A stretch of DNA of 40,935 nucleotides from Nitrososphaerales archaeon (GTDB taxonomy: Archaea > Thermoproteota > Nitrososphaeria > Nitrososphaerales > JACAEJ01), in NCBI GenBank assembly GCA_049699795.1, contig JBNAWJ010000023.1, forward strand, positions 1-40,935. The letters are read 5' to 3'. Under the pieces are notes generated by a model. The model was not told the origin of the DNA. It was given only the letters and a program-made list of their open reading frames with translations, and searched no databases. A program made the position numbers and the translations under genes. Shown one piece after another: positions 27,911 to 36,642 of the stretch (position 1 is its first letter; every line of letters begins with the position of its first letter).

Positions 27911-28453
27911 TTGGCTCCAAAGATAGAGAAAGGGCTTGTTCACATAATAACTGGGAAAGGTAAGGGCAAGACCACATCAGCTATAGGGCAAGGTCTAAGA
28001 GCAGTAGGACATGGATTAAAGGTCTACATGATACAGTTCATGAAGGGAGAATTTGAAGGGAAAAAGTATGGCGAGATAAAATCTATCAAGAAATTTCGAA
28101 ATTTTAAGGTAGCTCAATTCGGTAGTGGAGAGTTAGTTTCCCATTACACTCCTAGTGAAAAAGATTTTGAATTAGCTAGGAAAGGTTTTGAGCACGCAAA
28201 AGAGATCGTTGATAGTAACAAGTATGATATGGTTATATTGGATGAGATATGGGTAGCAGTGCATCATAATTTGATAGACTTGTCAGAAGTTATCGGCTTG
28301 ATAAAGAAAAAACCTGAGCACGTAGAATTGGTATTGACAGGAAGGTATGCCCCAAAGGAAGCTTATGATTATGCTGACTACATTTCAGAGATCAAAAAGA
28401 TAAAGCATCCCTATTCGAAGGGTCTTAAGGCAAGGATTGGTGTAGAGTTTTAG
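27911..28453 (+). CDS. cobO: Cob(I)yrinic acid a,c-diamide adenosyltransferase (CobA/CobO/BtuR type)
   Basis: GKGKGKTTSAIGQGLRAVGHG, MIQFMKG, ILDE and HPY motifs. Apparent TTG start; the nearby ATG at 27904 is out of frame. Confidence 0.85.
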   Translation: MAPKIEKGLVHIITGKGKGKTTSAIGQGLRAVGHGLKVYMIQFMKGEFEGKKYGEIKSIKKFRNFKVAQFGSGELVSHYTPSEKDFELARKGFEHAKEIVDSNKYDMVILDEIWVAVHHNLIDLSEVIGLIKKKPEHVELVLTGRYAPKEAYDYADYISEIKKIKHPYSKGLKARIGVEF

Positions 28454-28454
28454 T

Positions 28455-29387
28455 TTACAAGACTCTGCCCACAATGGTTATAGGCTTTCTAGTTATCCAT
28501 GTCAGTTTTTCTATTTGTGCTTCATCCATAGTTGTCAAAACAGCAGTGGCTGGACCAGCGGGCTTCTCCAAGTCAATTTTTAGATTGTTGTAAAACTCGA
28601 CTTGGCGCCCAACCATATGGGCTATCATCCTTGCTTCATAAGCTATTCCTTGGGTATCTACTGGAATTAAATCATGAATGAAATCCAACTGTGTCAATCT
28701 AACCAGATCGTGAAGGGCTGCTATCTTTCCCTCTTTTTCAGCTTGAATAACTTCATCTCCAACCTTTGGTTCTCCAATTAGCACTAGGGCATCGTTCGGC
28801 TGAGTTCTTCCCATTCTCAATTCGTCCTCATGGACCAATCCTACAGCAGTAACTCCTAAGCCTGTCTGGTCTGTGCTTATATTCTCCTCTGTATTCATGC
28901 TTATAGATTGATCTGGGTCCATTCCTACCTTCTTCGCCTCACTCCTCATACCTCTTAGTATTTCTATGCCAGTAGGATTCATCTCTACGCTTAATGTAGC
29001 TACCATTAGCTTTGGCCATGAGTTTATAGAAATGGTATCCATTAGAGCAACTCTAGTCATGAATCTACCGAGTGTAAAACCATCTACCTTGATTTTATCC
29101 ATGGGTTTTGGACCTATACCGCCAGATGATGTGTAGCTTAAACTCAAAATCAAGCCTGTTGGTAGCTTCATGAGGGTTACGTCTCCTCTCTTCATCAATG
29201 TGACTTGTGAAGGAACTAATTTGAAGACAGTTGGACGAACTATACTTCCTATGTTCTTAAGCATAGTCAAGTAAAAGGTCAAGGCTTGGCGAATGACTTC
29301 TGACCTATTCAGCTCGTACTCTTTTGCAAATCCATCTATATCATGGATTAACTTCTTTGGAAGCCTTACGTTTATAGGGCTACTCAA
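28455..29387 (-). CDS. Ribbon-helix-helix (CopG-like) domain fused to a PurM/AIR-synthase-related-like domain; function unknown
   Basis: N-terminal VRLPKKLIHDIDGFAKEYELNRSEVIRQALTFYL is RHH-like. The remaining ~260 aa resemble PurM-superfamily proteins by eye only (for example ...DALVLIGEPKVGDEV). The gene call is solid; the domain call is tentative. Confidence 0.6.
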   Translation of the reverse strand: MSSPINVRLPKKLIHDIDGFAKEYELNRSEVIRQALTFYLTMLKNIGSIVRPTVFKLVPSQVTLMKRGDVTLMKLPTGLILSLSYTSSGGIGPKPMDKIKVDGFTLGRFMTRVALMDTISINSWPKLMVATLSVEMNPTGIEILRGMRSEAKKVGMDPDQSISMNTEENISTDQTGLGVTAVGLVHEDELRMGRTQPNDALVLIGEPKVGDEVIQAEKEGKIAALHDLVRLTQLDFIHDLIPVDTQGIAYEARMIAHMVGRQVEFYNNLKIDLEKPAGPATAVLTTMDEAQIEKLTWITRKPITIVGRVL

Positions 29388-29499
29388 ATTCTATATCAAC
29401 TGATTAGCATAGAAAGTTAAATCCCCTTATTATCTTCTTGGTTTATGATGGAACTTTTAGCTTATATCCTAGCATAATGGGTTATGGAGTTGGTGACAG

Positions 29500-30522
29500 A
29501 TGGCAGTAGATTCTGATTCTATACTATCAAGATCCATTGGGTGCCTGGCAGGCGTAGCCATTGGTGATGCTATGGGCATGCCTACCTCTAGCTTTTCTCC
29601 AGATCAAATACGTGAAAAGTTTGGCAGAGTTACGAATTTCATCGATGCACCTGCTGGGCATATTATTCACGATGGGTTGAAGGCGGGTCAAGTTACAGAC
29701 GACACTTGGATAACGCTAATCTTAGCAGATGCTATAATTGAAGACGGGTTTGTATCAAAGGAAGGCTTTGCCCAACGCTTATTGGAATGGAGCAAGGGAT
29801 TGGGCACCTCTTTAGATAGATTGCTTGGACCTAGCACAAAAAGAGTCTTGAAGAGGATGGCTAAAGGAGTTAAACCCCAGGACATCATTGGAACAGGAAC
29901 CACGGATGGTGCATCTATGAGAATATCTCCTATAGGGATTTTGAATGCAGGCTTCGATTTAGAAAGGGTTGTAGAAGATGTTGTGAAGGCATGTGCGCTA
30001 ACTCATAATACTAGCGTAGCTATCTCTGCTGCTTCGTCTGTGGCGTGCGCTATATCAAAGGCTATAACAGGAAAATGTGGGGTTGATGTGATCGAGGCTG
30101 GAATAGAAGGCGCAAAGCGTGGCGCCAAATTTGGGATTCTTTATCCAGCAGCCCCAGTCGATAAGAGAATCGAACTGGCTATAAAGATAGTCTTAAAAGC
30201 AAAGAATATTGAAGAAATGACAGATTCGCTCTACAATTATGTTGGAGCTGGTATAGAATCTAATGAAGCTATACCTACTGCCTTTGGCATCTTTTTCGCT
30301 ACTAACGGCGATCCTATGGATGCTATAATAATGGCTACAAATATTGGAGGAGACTCTGACACTATAGCATCGATAGTAGGAGGTATGGCAGGGGCATTTA
30401 AGGGAATTGGGGCTTTTCCAAAGGATTTAGTTAAGAAGGTTGAGCAAGTCAACGGATTGGATTTTGAAAAGATAGCAAGAAAGCTTCTCGAAGTAAGGGA
30501 GAGGAAGTTGATGAAGTTATAG
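29500..30522 (+). CDS. ADP-ribosylglycohydrolase family protein
   Basis: GVAIGDAMGMPT, TDDT and GGDSDTIASIVGGMAGA motifs. 340 aa. Confidence 0.85.
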   Translation: MAVDSDSILSRSIGCLAGVAIGDAMGMPTSSFSPDQIREKFGRVTNFIDAPAGHIIHDGLKAGQVTDDTWITLILADAIIEDGFVSKEGFAQRLLEWSKGLGTSLDRLLGPSTKRVLKRMAKGVKPQDIIGTGTTDGASMRISPIGILNAGFDLERVVEDVVKACALTHNTSVAISAASSVACAISKAITGKCGVDVIEAGIEGAKRGAKFGILYPAAPVDKRIELAIKIVLKAKNIEEMTDSLYNYVGAGIESNEAIPTAFGIFFATNGDPMDAIIMATNIGGDSDTIASIVGGMAGAFKGIGAFPKDLVKKVEQVNGLDFEKIARKLLEVRERKLMKL

Positions 30523-30759
30523 ATGTATTAGCTTTTGAAGAATAGTCTTAAACTTTCAGCATTATCTCATGATTAAATCTTTTTTAGCCTTTTGGGATAA
30601 TTAAGGATTATCGTTACATCAAACATATAGAAAATACTTTGTAATAAGTTCAACGAAGTTTCGTTTGCGGGGTCTAATTCTGAACACTAAATCATTTTAA
30701 GGCCTAAAAATATTGCACTTTTCACAAATTATCCTAAATACTAAATCCATGAGATTATC

Positions 30760-31842
30760 CTAAGTGATGAAATTCTCTAAGCCAACTTCTTTTGCAATTC
30801 TTATGGTTTGTTCCATTTCATCACTGTTTAAGCGCCTTCTTAACTCTGGCACTTCATCAGCTCTCCAATGAGGTGTGTACTGAAACATTACATTAACTCT
30901 AACGCCTTTACCTAGATTTTTAACTATCCATTCTACTATAGGTCTAAAGCAACATTCGATATGCTTTGGTAAAACCAGTATTCGAATTATCAACTCTCCA
31001 TGCTCTTTAGCAATAAGATGGTTTCGTGTGCAAGCCTCCCAGTAATTTGGCGCATCTGAAATTCTTACTGCACAATCATCATTACCATACTTAAAATCCA
31101 ATAAGTAAACATCAGTCCACTCGGCCAATAGTTGTGATGAAGGATAACTATAGTAGCTATTCGAGTTCCAAACCATTGATATATTCTCATTAATCATTTT
31201 TGATACTTTCAACCAATGGTAAAGATAAGGTGTAGGGTCTCCTCCTACCATGTTCAGATTTCTACAGCCTCTTGCTCTTGCTATGTCTGCTTGCTTAGCC
31301 ACCTTTTCTAATTCATATAATGTTCCTGGTTCATACCATTGGCTTATGCTCCAATTCTGGCAGTGAAGACATCTCATGGTGCAACCTATCGTGAAGACGG
31401 TAAAGGATGGTATTAGTTCAGGCTCTTCTCCATAATGATCGAACATAGTGGAAACAGGAAAGTTTGAATCACAACCACAATACTTCGTCTCACCCTTAAG
31501 TCTATTTACAGCGCAAGCCCTCATGCAAAACGTGCATCTCTCAAGAATTCTTTTAGCCAGTTCTATCTTAAGGTCTAATAGACTGCTTTTGGCAGATTCA
31601 TTGGGCTTTCTATTGCCTGAGTCAACTTCTTTTACATAAGTCTTGAATTCTTTTATCAAATTATTATGCATCTTCCACATCTCAGAATTATCCATATCTT
31701 GAAACTCTGCAGGAAAGGTCTTCAAGAGCTTAAACTTTGCAAGCTTCTTATCGAAGATTATGTCGAAGTATCTTGATAGAGATTTTCTGCATTTTTCATC
31801 GTAAAACACATTTATGGAATCTGGGCGAAGCGCTCTCCACAT
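30760..31842 (-). CDS. Radical SAM protein, PflX-like (COG1313-type activase-like)
   Basis: CxxxCxxC (GCTMRCLHCQNW), plus an upstream Cys cluster CTFCMRACAVNR ... YCGC. Confidence 0.7.
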   Translation of the reverse strand: MWRALRPDSINVFYDEKCRKSLSRYFDIIFDKKLAKFKLLKTFPAEFQDMDNSEMWKMHNNLIKEFKTYVKEVDSGNRKPNESAKSSLLDLKIELAKRILERCTFCMRACAVNRLKGETKYCGCDSNFPVSTMFDHYGEEPELIPSFTVFTIGCTMRCLHCQNWSISQWYEPGTLYELEKVAKQADIARARGCRNLNMVGGDPTPYLYHWLKVSKMINENISMVWNSNSYYSYPSSQLLAEWTDVYLLDFKYGNDDCAVRISDAPNYWEACTRNHLIAKEHGELIIRILVLPKHIECCFRPIVEWIVKNLGKGVRVNVMFQYTPHWRADEVPELRRRLNSDEMEQTIRIAKEVGLENFIT

Positions 31843-31923
31843 TTAAGTCACACTACATAATTAATTTGTCCTTGACTATTCTATTCTTAAAATTGCTTAT
31901 AAGTTCTTCACCATTATTGCTTA

Positions 31924-32967
31924 CTAGTAAAACCATCTTCCAAAGGTTCTAGGATTGGCATTTCCTACTATATTGATCTTAAATCCACATTTAGGGCATG
32001 TATTTCCTTTTGCTAGGTCAACTTTAAGCACATCAAAACCCATTCTTCTTATCAAAATATGCTTGCAATTAGGGCAAAAGGTATTCTCTCCCTCTCCTGG
32101 GACATTTCCCATGTAAACATATTGTAATCCTTCTTCCTCAGCTATTTTCTTAGCTTTTAACAAAGTCTCAAAGGAAGTTGGAGGTCTATCGACCATCTTG
32201 TAGTGAGGGAAGAATCTTGAGAAGTGTAAAGGAGTACCCTTCCCAATATTATCTCTTATCCATATGGAAAGCTGTCTTATTTCATCAGTAGAATCGTTTA
32301 TGCCAGGGATTATCAAATTTGTGACTTCAATATGAACCCCTTTTTTCTTCATCAGCTTTGTTGCTAATAATACAGATTCTAAATCTCCTTTACAATAGGT
32401 TCGGTAGAAGTTCTCAGTGAAGCCCTTTATGTCAACGTTGGCAGCATCTATGAAATCAACTAATTGTGAAAGAGCCCCTTCTGTTATATAGCCATTGGTA
32501 ACAAGTATGTTATGAATTTTATTTTCTTTTGCCAGCTTTGATGTATCGTATATGAACTCATACCAGAGCAAAGGTTCATTATAAGTGTAAGATATGGATG
32601 AAGAGTTTGATTTAATTGTCTTTTCAACAACTTTATCAGGAGTGAGTTCATGAGCATAAACTTCTCCAGGAGACGCTTGGCTTATCTCCCAATTTTGGCA
32701 CCATGGACATGCAAAGGTGCAGGACAGAGTTGATATAGAGTATGTATCACTACCAGGCCAAAAGTGGAATAATGGCTTCTTTTCTATCGGATCGATAGCC
32801 TCTGCCGTAGTTAGACCATATATCAAAGTGAAGAGAGTACCGTCTCTATTCTCTCTAACTCTACAAACTCCTCTCTTACCACTCCTTATTACACATGATC
32901 TAGGGCATAGATTACATTTTACATAGTTATTGTCAATCTTTGTATAAGCCATGGCTTCCTTTTCCAT
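31924..32967 (-). CDS. AmmeMemoRadiSam-system-type radical SAM enzyme (PflA-like)
   Basis: N-terminal CNLCPRSC ... GVCRVR, radical SAM CTFACPWCQNWEISQ, and C-terminal CPNC ... CPKC. The start may be the ATG at 32952. Confidence 0.7.
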   Translation of the reverse strand: MEKEAMAYTKIDNNYVKCNLCPRSCVIRSGKRGVCRVRENRDGTLFTLIYGLTTAEAIDPIEKKPLFHFWPGSDTYSISTLSCTFACPWCQNWEISQASPGEVYAHELTPDKVVEKTIKSNSSSISYTYNEPLLWYEFIYDTSKLAKENKIHNILVTNGYITEGALSQLVDFIDAANVDIKGFTENFYRTYCKGDLESVLLATKLMKKKGVHIEVTNLIIPGINDSTDEIRQLSIWIRDNIGKGTPLHFSRFFPHYKMVDRPPTSFETLLKAKKIAEEEGLQYVYMGNVPGEGENTFCPNCKHILIRRMGFDVLKVDLAKGNTCPKCGFKINIVGNANPRTFGRWFY

Positions 32968-33077
32968 TAGCGCTACTCCTTCTTACTCTTTAACAAGAAT
33001 ATTATGGTGTTAGGTCCTTATAGAACTTTCGAAAGAACGATAAGGAAAAAAAGTAGTGTAAATCAATCTCCATTGAC

Positions 33078-33977
33078 ATGGCTAAATCCTCACAAAGAGA
33101 ATGGCTGATAGCTTCAGGACCAGCGTCGAAGGAATTGGCGATAAACATAGCTAGGAATTTTGGGGCTGATATTTTGCATATCGATTCAAAGCTCTTCCCA
33201 GACGGTGAAAGCTACTTTAGGATAATTAATGATGTTAGGAATAAAAGAGTTGCAATAGTTCAATCGACTTATCCACCTATTGATAGACATATCTCACAGC
33301 TATTGTTTCTGGCTCATAAGCTCAGTGAAGATGGGGCAGAGGTTCATGCAATAATTCCGTATCTTGCCTATGCTAGGCAGCATAGAGCATTCTTACAAGG
33401 AGAGGTAGTCAGCTTGGGAGTTTTTGCCCATCTGCTAAGGTCTGTAGGAGTCAAAAGAGTAGTTACGGTTGATATACACAATGTAGAAGGTTTGGGGCTC
33501 TTCTCCATACCTGCTTATAGCGTATCAGCGATTCCTTTATTGGCTGAATACTTCAGCAAAAATCATGTTTTGAGTGAAGCAGTAGCTATATCTCCAGACT
33601 TTGGAGGGTCTGTCAGGGTAGAAGCCTTTGCAAGAATTCTTAAGATAAATCATACCGTCCTTGAAAAGGTAAGAGATAGGACTACTGGTGAAATCATATT
33701 TAAGGATGTGGCTAAGCAAGTTCAGAACAAAGATGTAATACTTGTAGATGATATAATAAGCAGCGGTAAGACTATGGAGCTAGCTGCAATGAAGTTGAAG
33801 GAATGGGGGGCTAAAAGAATTTTTGCGACTTGCACCCATCCATTACTGGTTGAAGACGCTTTGGATAGAATTAAAAAGGCAGGGATTGAAGAAGTCATAG
33901 GAACCAATACCATACCAAGCCCTGTAAGCAAGATCGATGTTGCTCCAATTTTAGCGTCTTACCTTTCTACTCTATGA
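33078..33977 (+). CDS. prs: Ribose-phosphate pyrophosphokinase (PRPP synthase)
   Basis: FPDGES, PYLAYARQ, VDIH and PRPP loop VILVDDIISSGKT. Confidence 0.9.
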   Translation: MAKSSQREWLIASGPASKELAINIARNFGADILHIDSKLFPDGESYFRIINDVRNKRVAIVQSTYPPIDRHISQLLFLAHKLSEDGAEVHAIIPYLAYARQHRAFLQGEVVSLGVFAHLLRSVGVKRVVTVDIHNVEGLGLFSIPAYSVSAIPLLAEYFSKNHVLSEAVAISPDFGGSVRVEAFARILKINHTVLEKVRDRTTGEIIFKDVAKQVQNKDVILVDDIISSGKTMELAAMKLKEWGAKRIFATCTHPLLVEDALDRIKKAGIEEVIGTNTIPSPVSKIDVAPILASYLSTL

Positions 33978-33987
33978 GTTATTCAGA

Positions 33988-34998
33988 TTGGCAAACAAGA
34001 AATTCTTCTTACTTTCAGGAGAGAGAAGTACTTTACCTCAAGCAGAATTGAGGGCTATAGTAGAAACCTATGATGATAAAGCAAAGTTTGAAATAATTAA
34101 TGAGAGAGTGATGATCGTAGATGGAAGATTTGATTTAAATACAATTTTAAAGAGAAGCGCATATGTTAATGCTGGTGGTAATCTTTTAACTCATTGTAAG
34201 ATAGAGGATGCAGAGAAATCTATCGAGGCTATAGCCTTCGATGAATTTATGGAAGATTCTGTGAGTTTTGCGGCATATATCTTCAATCTATCTGATCAAC
34301 ACTTATCAGAGAAAATGGAATCGATTATAGGCTCTGCTGTTAAGAAAAGATTACCTAACGCCAAAGTTTCATTGAAAAATCCTCAAAAGATCGTAATCGG
34401 TATAATCTTTGATGATCATCTTCTTTTAGGCTTCACAGATTATATGGCTAAAAGGATTTGGAAGTTAAGGAGGCCTAGGGTGAGACCTTTCTTTCATCCC
34501 TCGGCTCTTTATCCTAAGTTTGCGAGAGGACTTGTCAATTTATCACATGTCAAAGAAGGAGATTTGCTACTAGATCCATTTTGTGGCACAGGAAGCGTGT
34601 TGATAGAAGCATCCATCATTGGAATCAATACGATTGGGATAGACGTATCTATGAAGATGTGTAGAGGATCCATGGATAATCTAAAGCATTACATGCTAGA
34701 AAGCCTTGGCGTAATAAATTCAGATGCCTTGATGCTACCAATAAAGAATGTTGATGCCATAGTAACAGATGTGCCTTATGGGAGATGTGCATCATCAAGA
34801 GGGATAAAGACTATGAATTTGTTACAAGATTTCATCATACAAGTAGATGCAATTATGCCTAAAGGAAGGTATTGCGTCATCGTTCATCCTAACACTGTCA
34901 AACTGAACAATTTAGATACATTTGAAGTAAAAGAGAGGCATGAGGTTTATGTCCATCGAAGTTTGACTAGAGCCATAACTGTATTAAGAAAAAGGTAG
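33988..34998 (+). CDS. trm11: tRNA (guanine(10)-N2)-methyltransferase, Trm11/Trm-G10 type (THUMP plus methyltransferase)
   Basis: FFLLSGE N-terminus, SAM motif LLDPFCGTGSVLIEA, catalytic DVPYG. TTG start. Confidence 0.75.
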   Translation: MANKKFFLLSGERSTLPQAELRAIVETYDDKAKFEIINERVMIVDGRFDLNTILKRSAYVNAGGNLLTHCKIEDAEKSIEAIAFDEFMEDSVSFAAYIFNLSDQHLSEKMESIIGSAVKKRLPNAKVSLKNPQKIVIGIIFDDHLLLGFTDYMAKRIWKLRRPRVRPFFHPSALYPKFARGLVNLSHVKEGDLLLDPFCGTGSVLIEASIIGINTIGIDVSMKMCRGSMDNLKHYMLESLGVINSDALMLPIKNVDAIVTDVPYGRCASSRGIKTMNLLQDFIIQVDAIMPKGRYCVIVHPNTVKLNNLDTFEVKERHEVYVHRSLTRAITVLRKR

Positions 34999-35120
34999 AG
35001 TCATAGAAGTAAGAATGGCAAATGATTTAGTCTTCAAAAGAATTTTTTCAAAACCTAGGTTATATTTAATAGATACCTATGGTATTAATTCTATGGAAAA
35101 CCATGATACTACCCTACGAG

Positions 35121-35510
35121 ATGGTCTACAAGACTGCTATTCCAACTTTGAGGGCCATGATAGCAAGAAGGCTCGTCGAGGATTATGGTCTAATGCAAGA
35201 GGAAGTTGCTAAGAAGTTAGAAATAACTCAGGCCGCTGTAAGTTATTACATGAAAGGCAAGCGGGCCATGATTTTGAAATTAGATGATGTAGATGAGATT
35301 AAAAGCATGACAAACGAGATTGCCGATCTTCTTTTCGAAGGAAAGATAAGCCGAAGGGAGTTTAGACTAAGAATTACAGAAGCCTGTGATTTCATAAGAG
35401 GATCCAAATTATTATGCGAAATTCATAAGCGCCTTGAGCCTGATGTTGATTCTGAGGATTGCCATGCTTGTGATGGAGCCTTAAAGAAAAGAATGAACAT
35501 TATGGTCTAG
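35121..35510 (+). CDS. HTH transcriptional regulator with a C-terminal Cys/His cluster (COG2522-like)
   Basis: LRAMIARRLVEDYGLMQEEVAKKLEITQAAVSYYMKGKRA is an XRE-like HTH. C-terminal C..H ... C..C. The start is uncertain (35079, 35103 or 35121). Confidence 0.6.
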   Translation: MVYKTAIPTLRAMIARRLVEDYGLMQEEVAKKLEITQAAVSYYMKGKRAMILKLDDVDEIKSMTNEIADLLFEGKISRREFRLRITEACDFIRGSKLLCEIHKRLEPDVDSEDCHACDGALKKRMNIMV

Positions 35511-36642
35511 TAAGATTCTTTAACCTAGGTTCTACTATCCTTTCGTAATTTCTCTCAATTTCAGCTCTTATTATATCTGTGGTTATCTTACCTTTAGATT
35601 TGAGCATGGCTGCCAGAGTTACACCACCAGCTCCTACTCCTTCTCTAACAAAGCCATGAGCATAGGCTCTGAGACCCTCCTTCTTTGATTCGCCAAGTCC
35701 TGGATCTGCACCAAAGATAGGAATGTCTGCAGATTTGTTGATAAGCCAACTAATGCTGGATGTTTTATCCTCAACTATATAATTGGTTGTGCCTACAGCA
35801 ACATTTCTAAGAACATCGGGTCTAATTCTGCTGATCAATGCTACTATTGCTGTCATTTGTGTACCCCCTGCCAAAATAACTGGGACTTTCTGTGCAGCTC
35901 CTAGAGTCATGCCTGTAACGCTTACCATCATAGGATCGCCGAGAGTGGATATTGCCCCAATAGGATCGTCTTTAAAGCTGCCTATCTTAATGCCTGCTGC
36001 CTTCATCCCTTCCTCAACAACTTTGTTCTTTATTTCGTGAGGATTTTCAGGCATGCTACTGCTTACTTTGCCTCTAGCATCTATACCAAGGCTCATCAAT
36101 ACTCCTAAAGCTGTAGTAGTCCCTGCTGGTATGCTTTCTCCTAGAACCAAATAATCAGCTATCTCGGCAAAATTCCTTCCTATGATCTCTGAATAGTTCA
36201 TAGCCTTTTCGACAACATCTCTATCCAATGCTCTACCATTCTGTATATTATCCCCAGGGCTTGGAATATTGATGGAGATATAGGGTGCATTGGGCTTTAC
36301 TTCACAGCCAGCCTCTACGATGAATAAAGGTATATTTGCCAATCTCAAAGCGCTTAAGGTTATTATCGCTGGCGTTGGTTTCCCATCAGGAGTTGCTGGT
36401 ATTCCAGGAATGCACTTACACTCGCCATAGTAGATCAACTCAGCATCTGCTGGAGGGGTACACTTTATAATTTCAGGGACTGCACCAGCAACTGTTATCC
36501 CTGGCACCATAGCCGTTTTAGTGTTGGCTATAGTGCAAATGAAGACAGGATTTTTTCCCTTTAATTTCTCTATGAATTGAGACGCTTTTGCTTTATCCCC
36601 TATTATGCTGACTTTATTAAGAATAATACTCATCTTCATCAA
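35500..36642 (-). CDS. cobT: Archaeal-type CobT homolog (UPF0284/TIGR00303-like nicotinate-nucleotide-dimethylbenzimidazole phosphoribosyltransferase)
   Basis: FICTIANTKTAMVPGITVAGA ... ESIPAGTTTA ... GDPM ... LAGGTQM pattern. ATGA overlap with the upstream symporter gene. Confidence 0.6.
   Translation of the reverse strand: MMKMSIILNKVSIIGDKAKASQFIEKLKGKNPVFICTIANTKTAMVPGITVAGAVPEIIKCTPPADAELIYYGECKCIPGIPATPDGKPTPAIITLSALRLANIPLFIVEAGCEVKPNAPYISINIPSPGDNIQNGRALDRDVVEKAMNYSEIIGRNFAEIADYLVLGESIPAGTTTALGVLMSLGIDARGKVSSSMPENPHEIKNKVVEEGMKAAGIKIGSFKDDPIGAISTLGDPMMVSVTGMTLGAAQKVPVILAGGTQMTAIVALISRIRPDVLRNVAVGTTNYIVEDKTSSISWLINKSADIPIFGADPGLGESKKEGLRAYAHGFVREGVGAGGVTLAAMLKSKGKITTDIIRAEIERNYERIVEPRLKNLTRP

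Noticed and set aside
29688-30452. Minus-strand ORFs 29688..29903 and 30237..30452
   Set aside because: They are antisense within the ADP-ribosylglycohydrolase gene.
31448-33931. ORFs 31448..31639 (+), 31737..31952 (+), 32717..32926 (+), 33537..33719 (-) and 33722..33931 (-)
   Set aside because: They are antisense within the two radical SAM genes and prs.
35015-35212. Plus-strand 65-aa ORF
   Set aside because: It overlaps the 5' end of the HTH regulator gene in another frame and has no motif. The regulator frame has a clear HTH.
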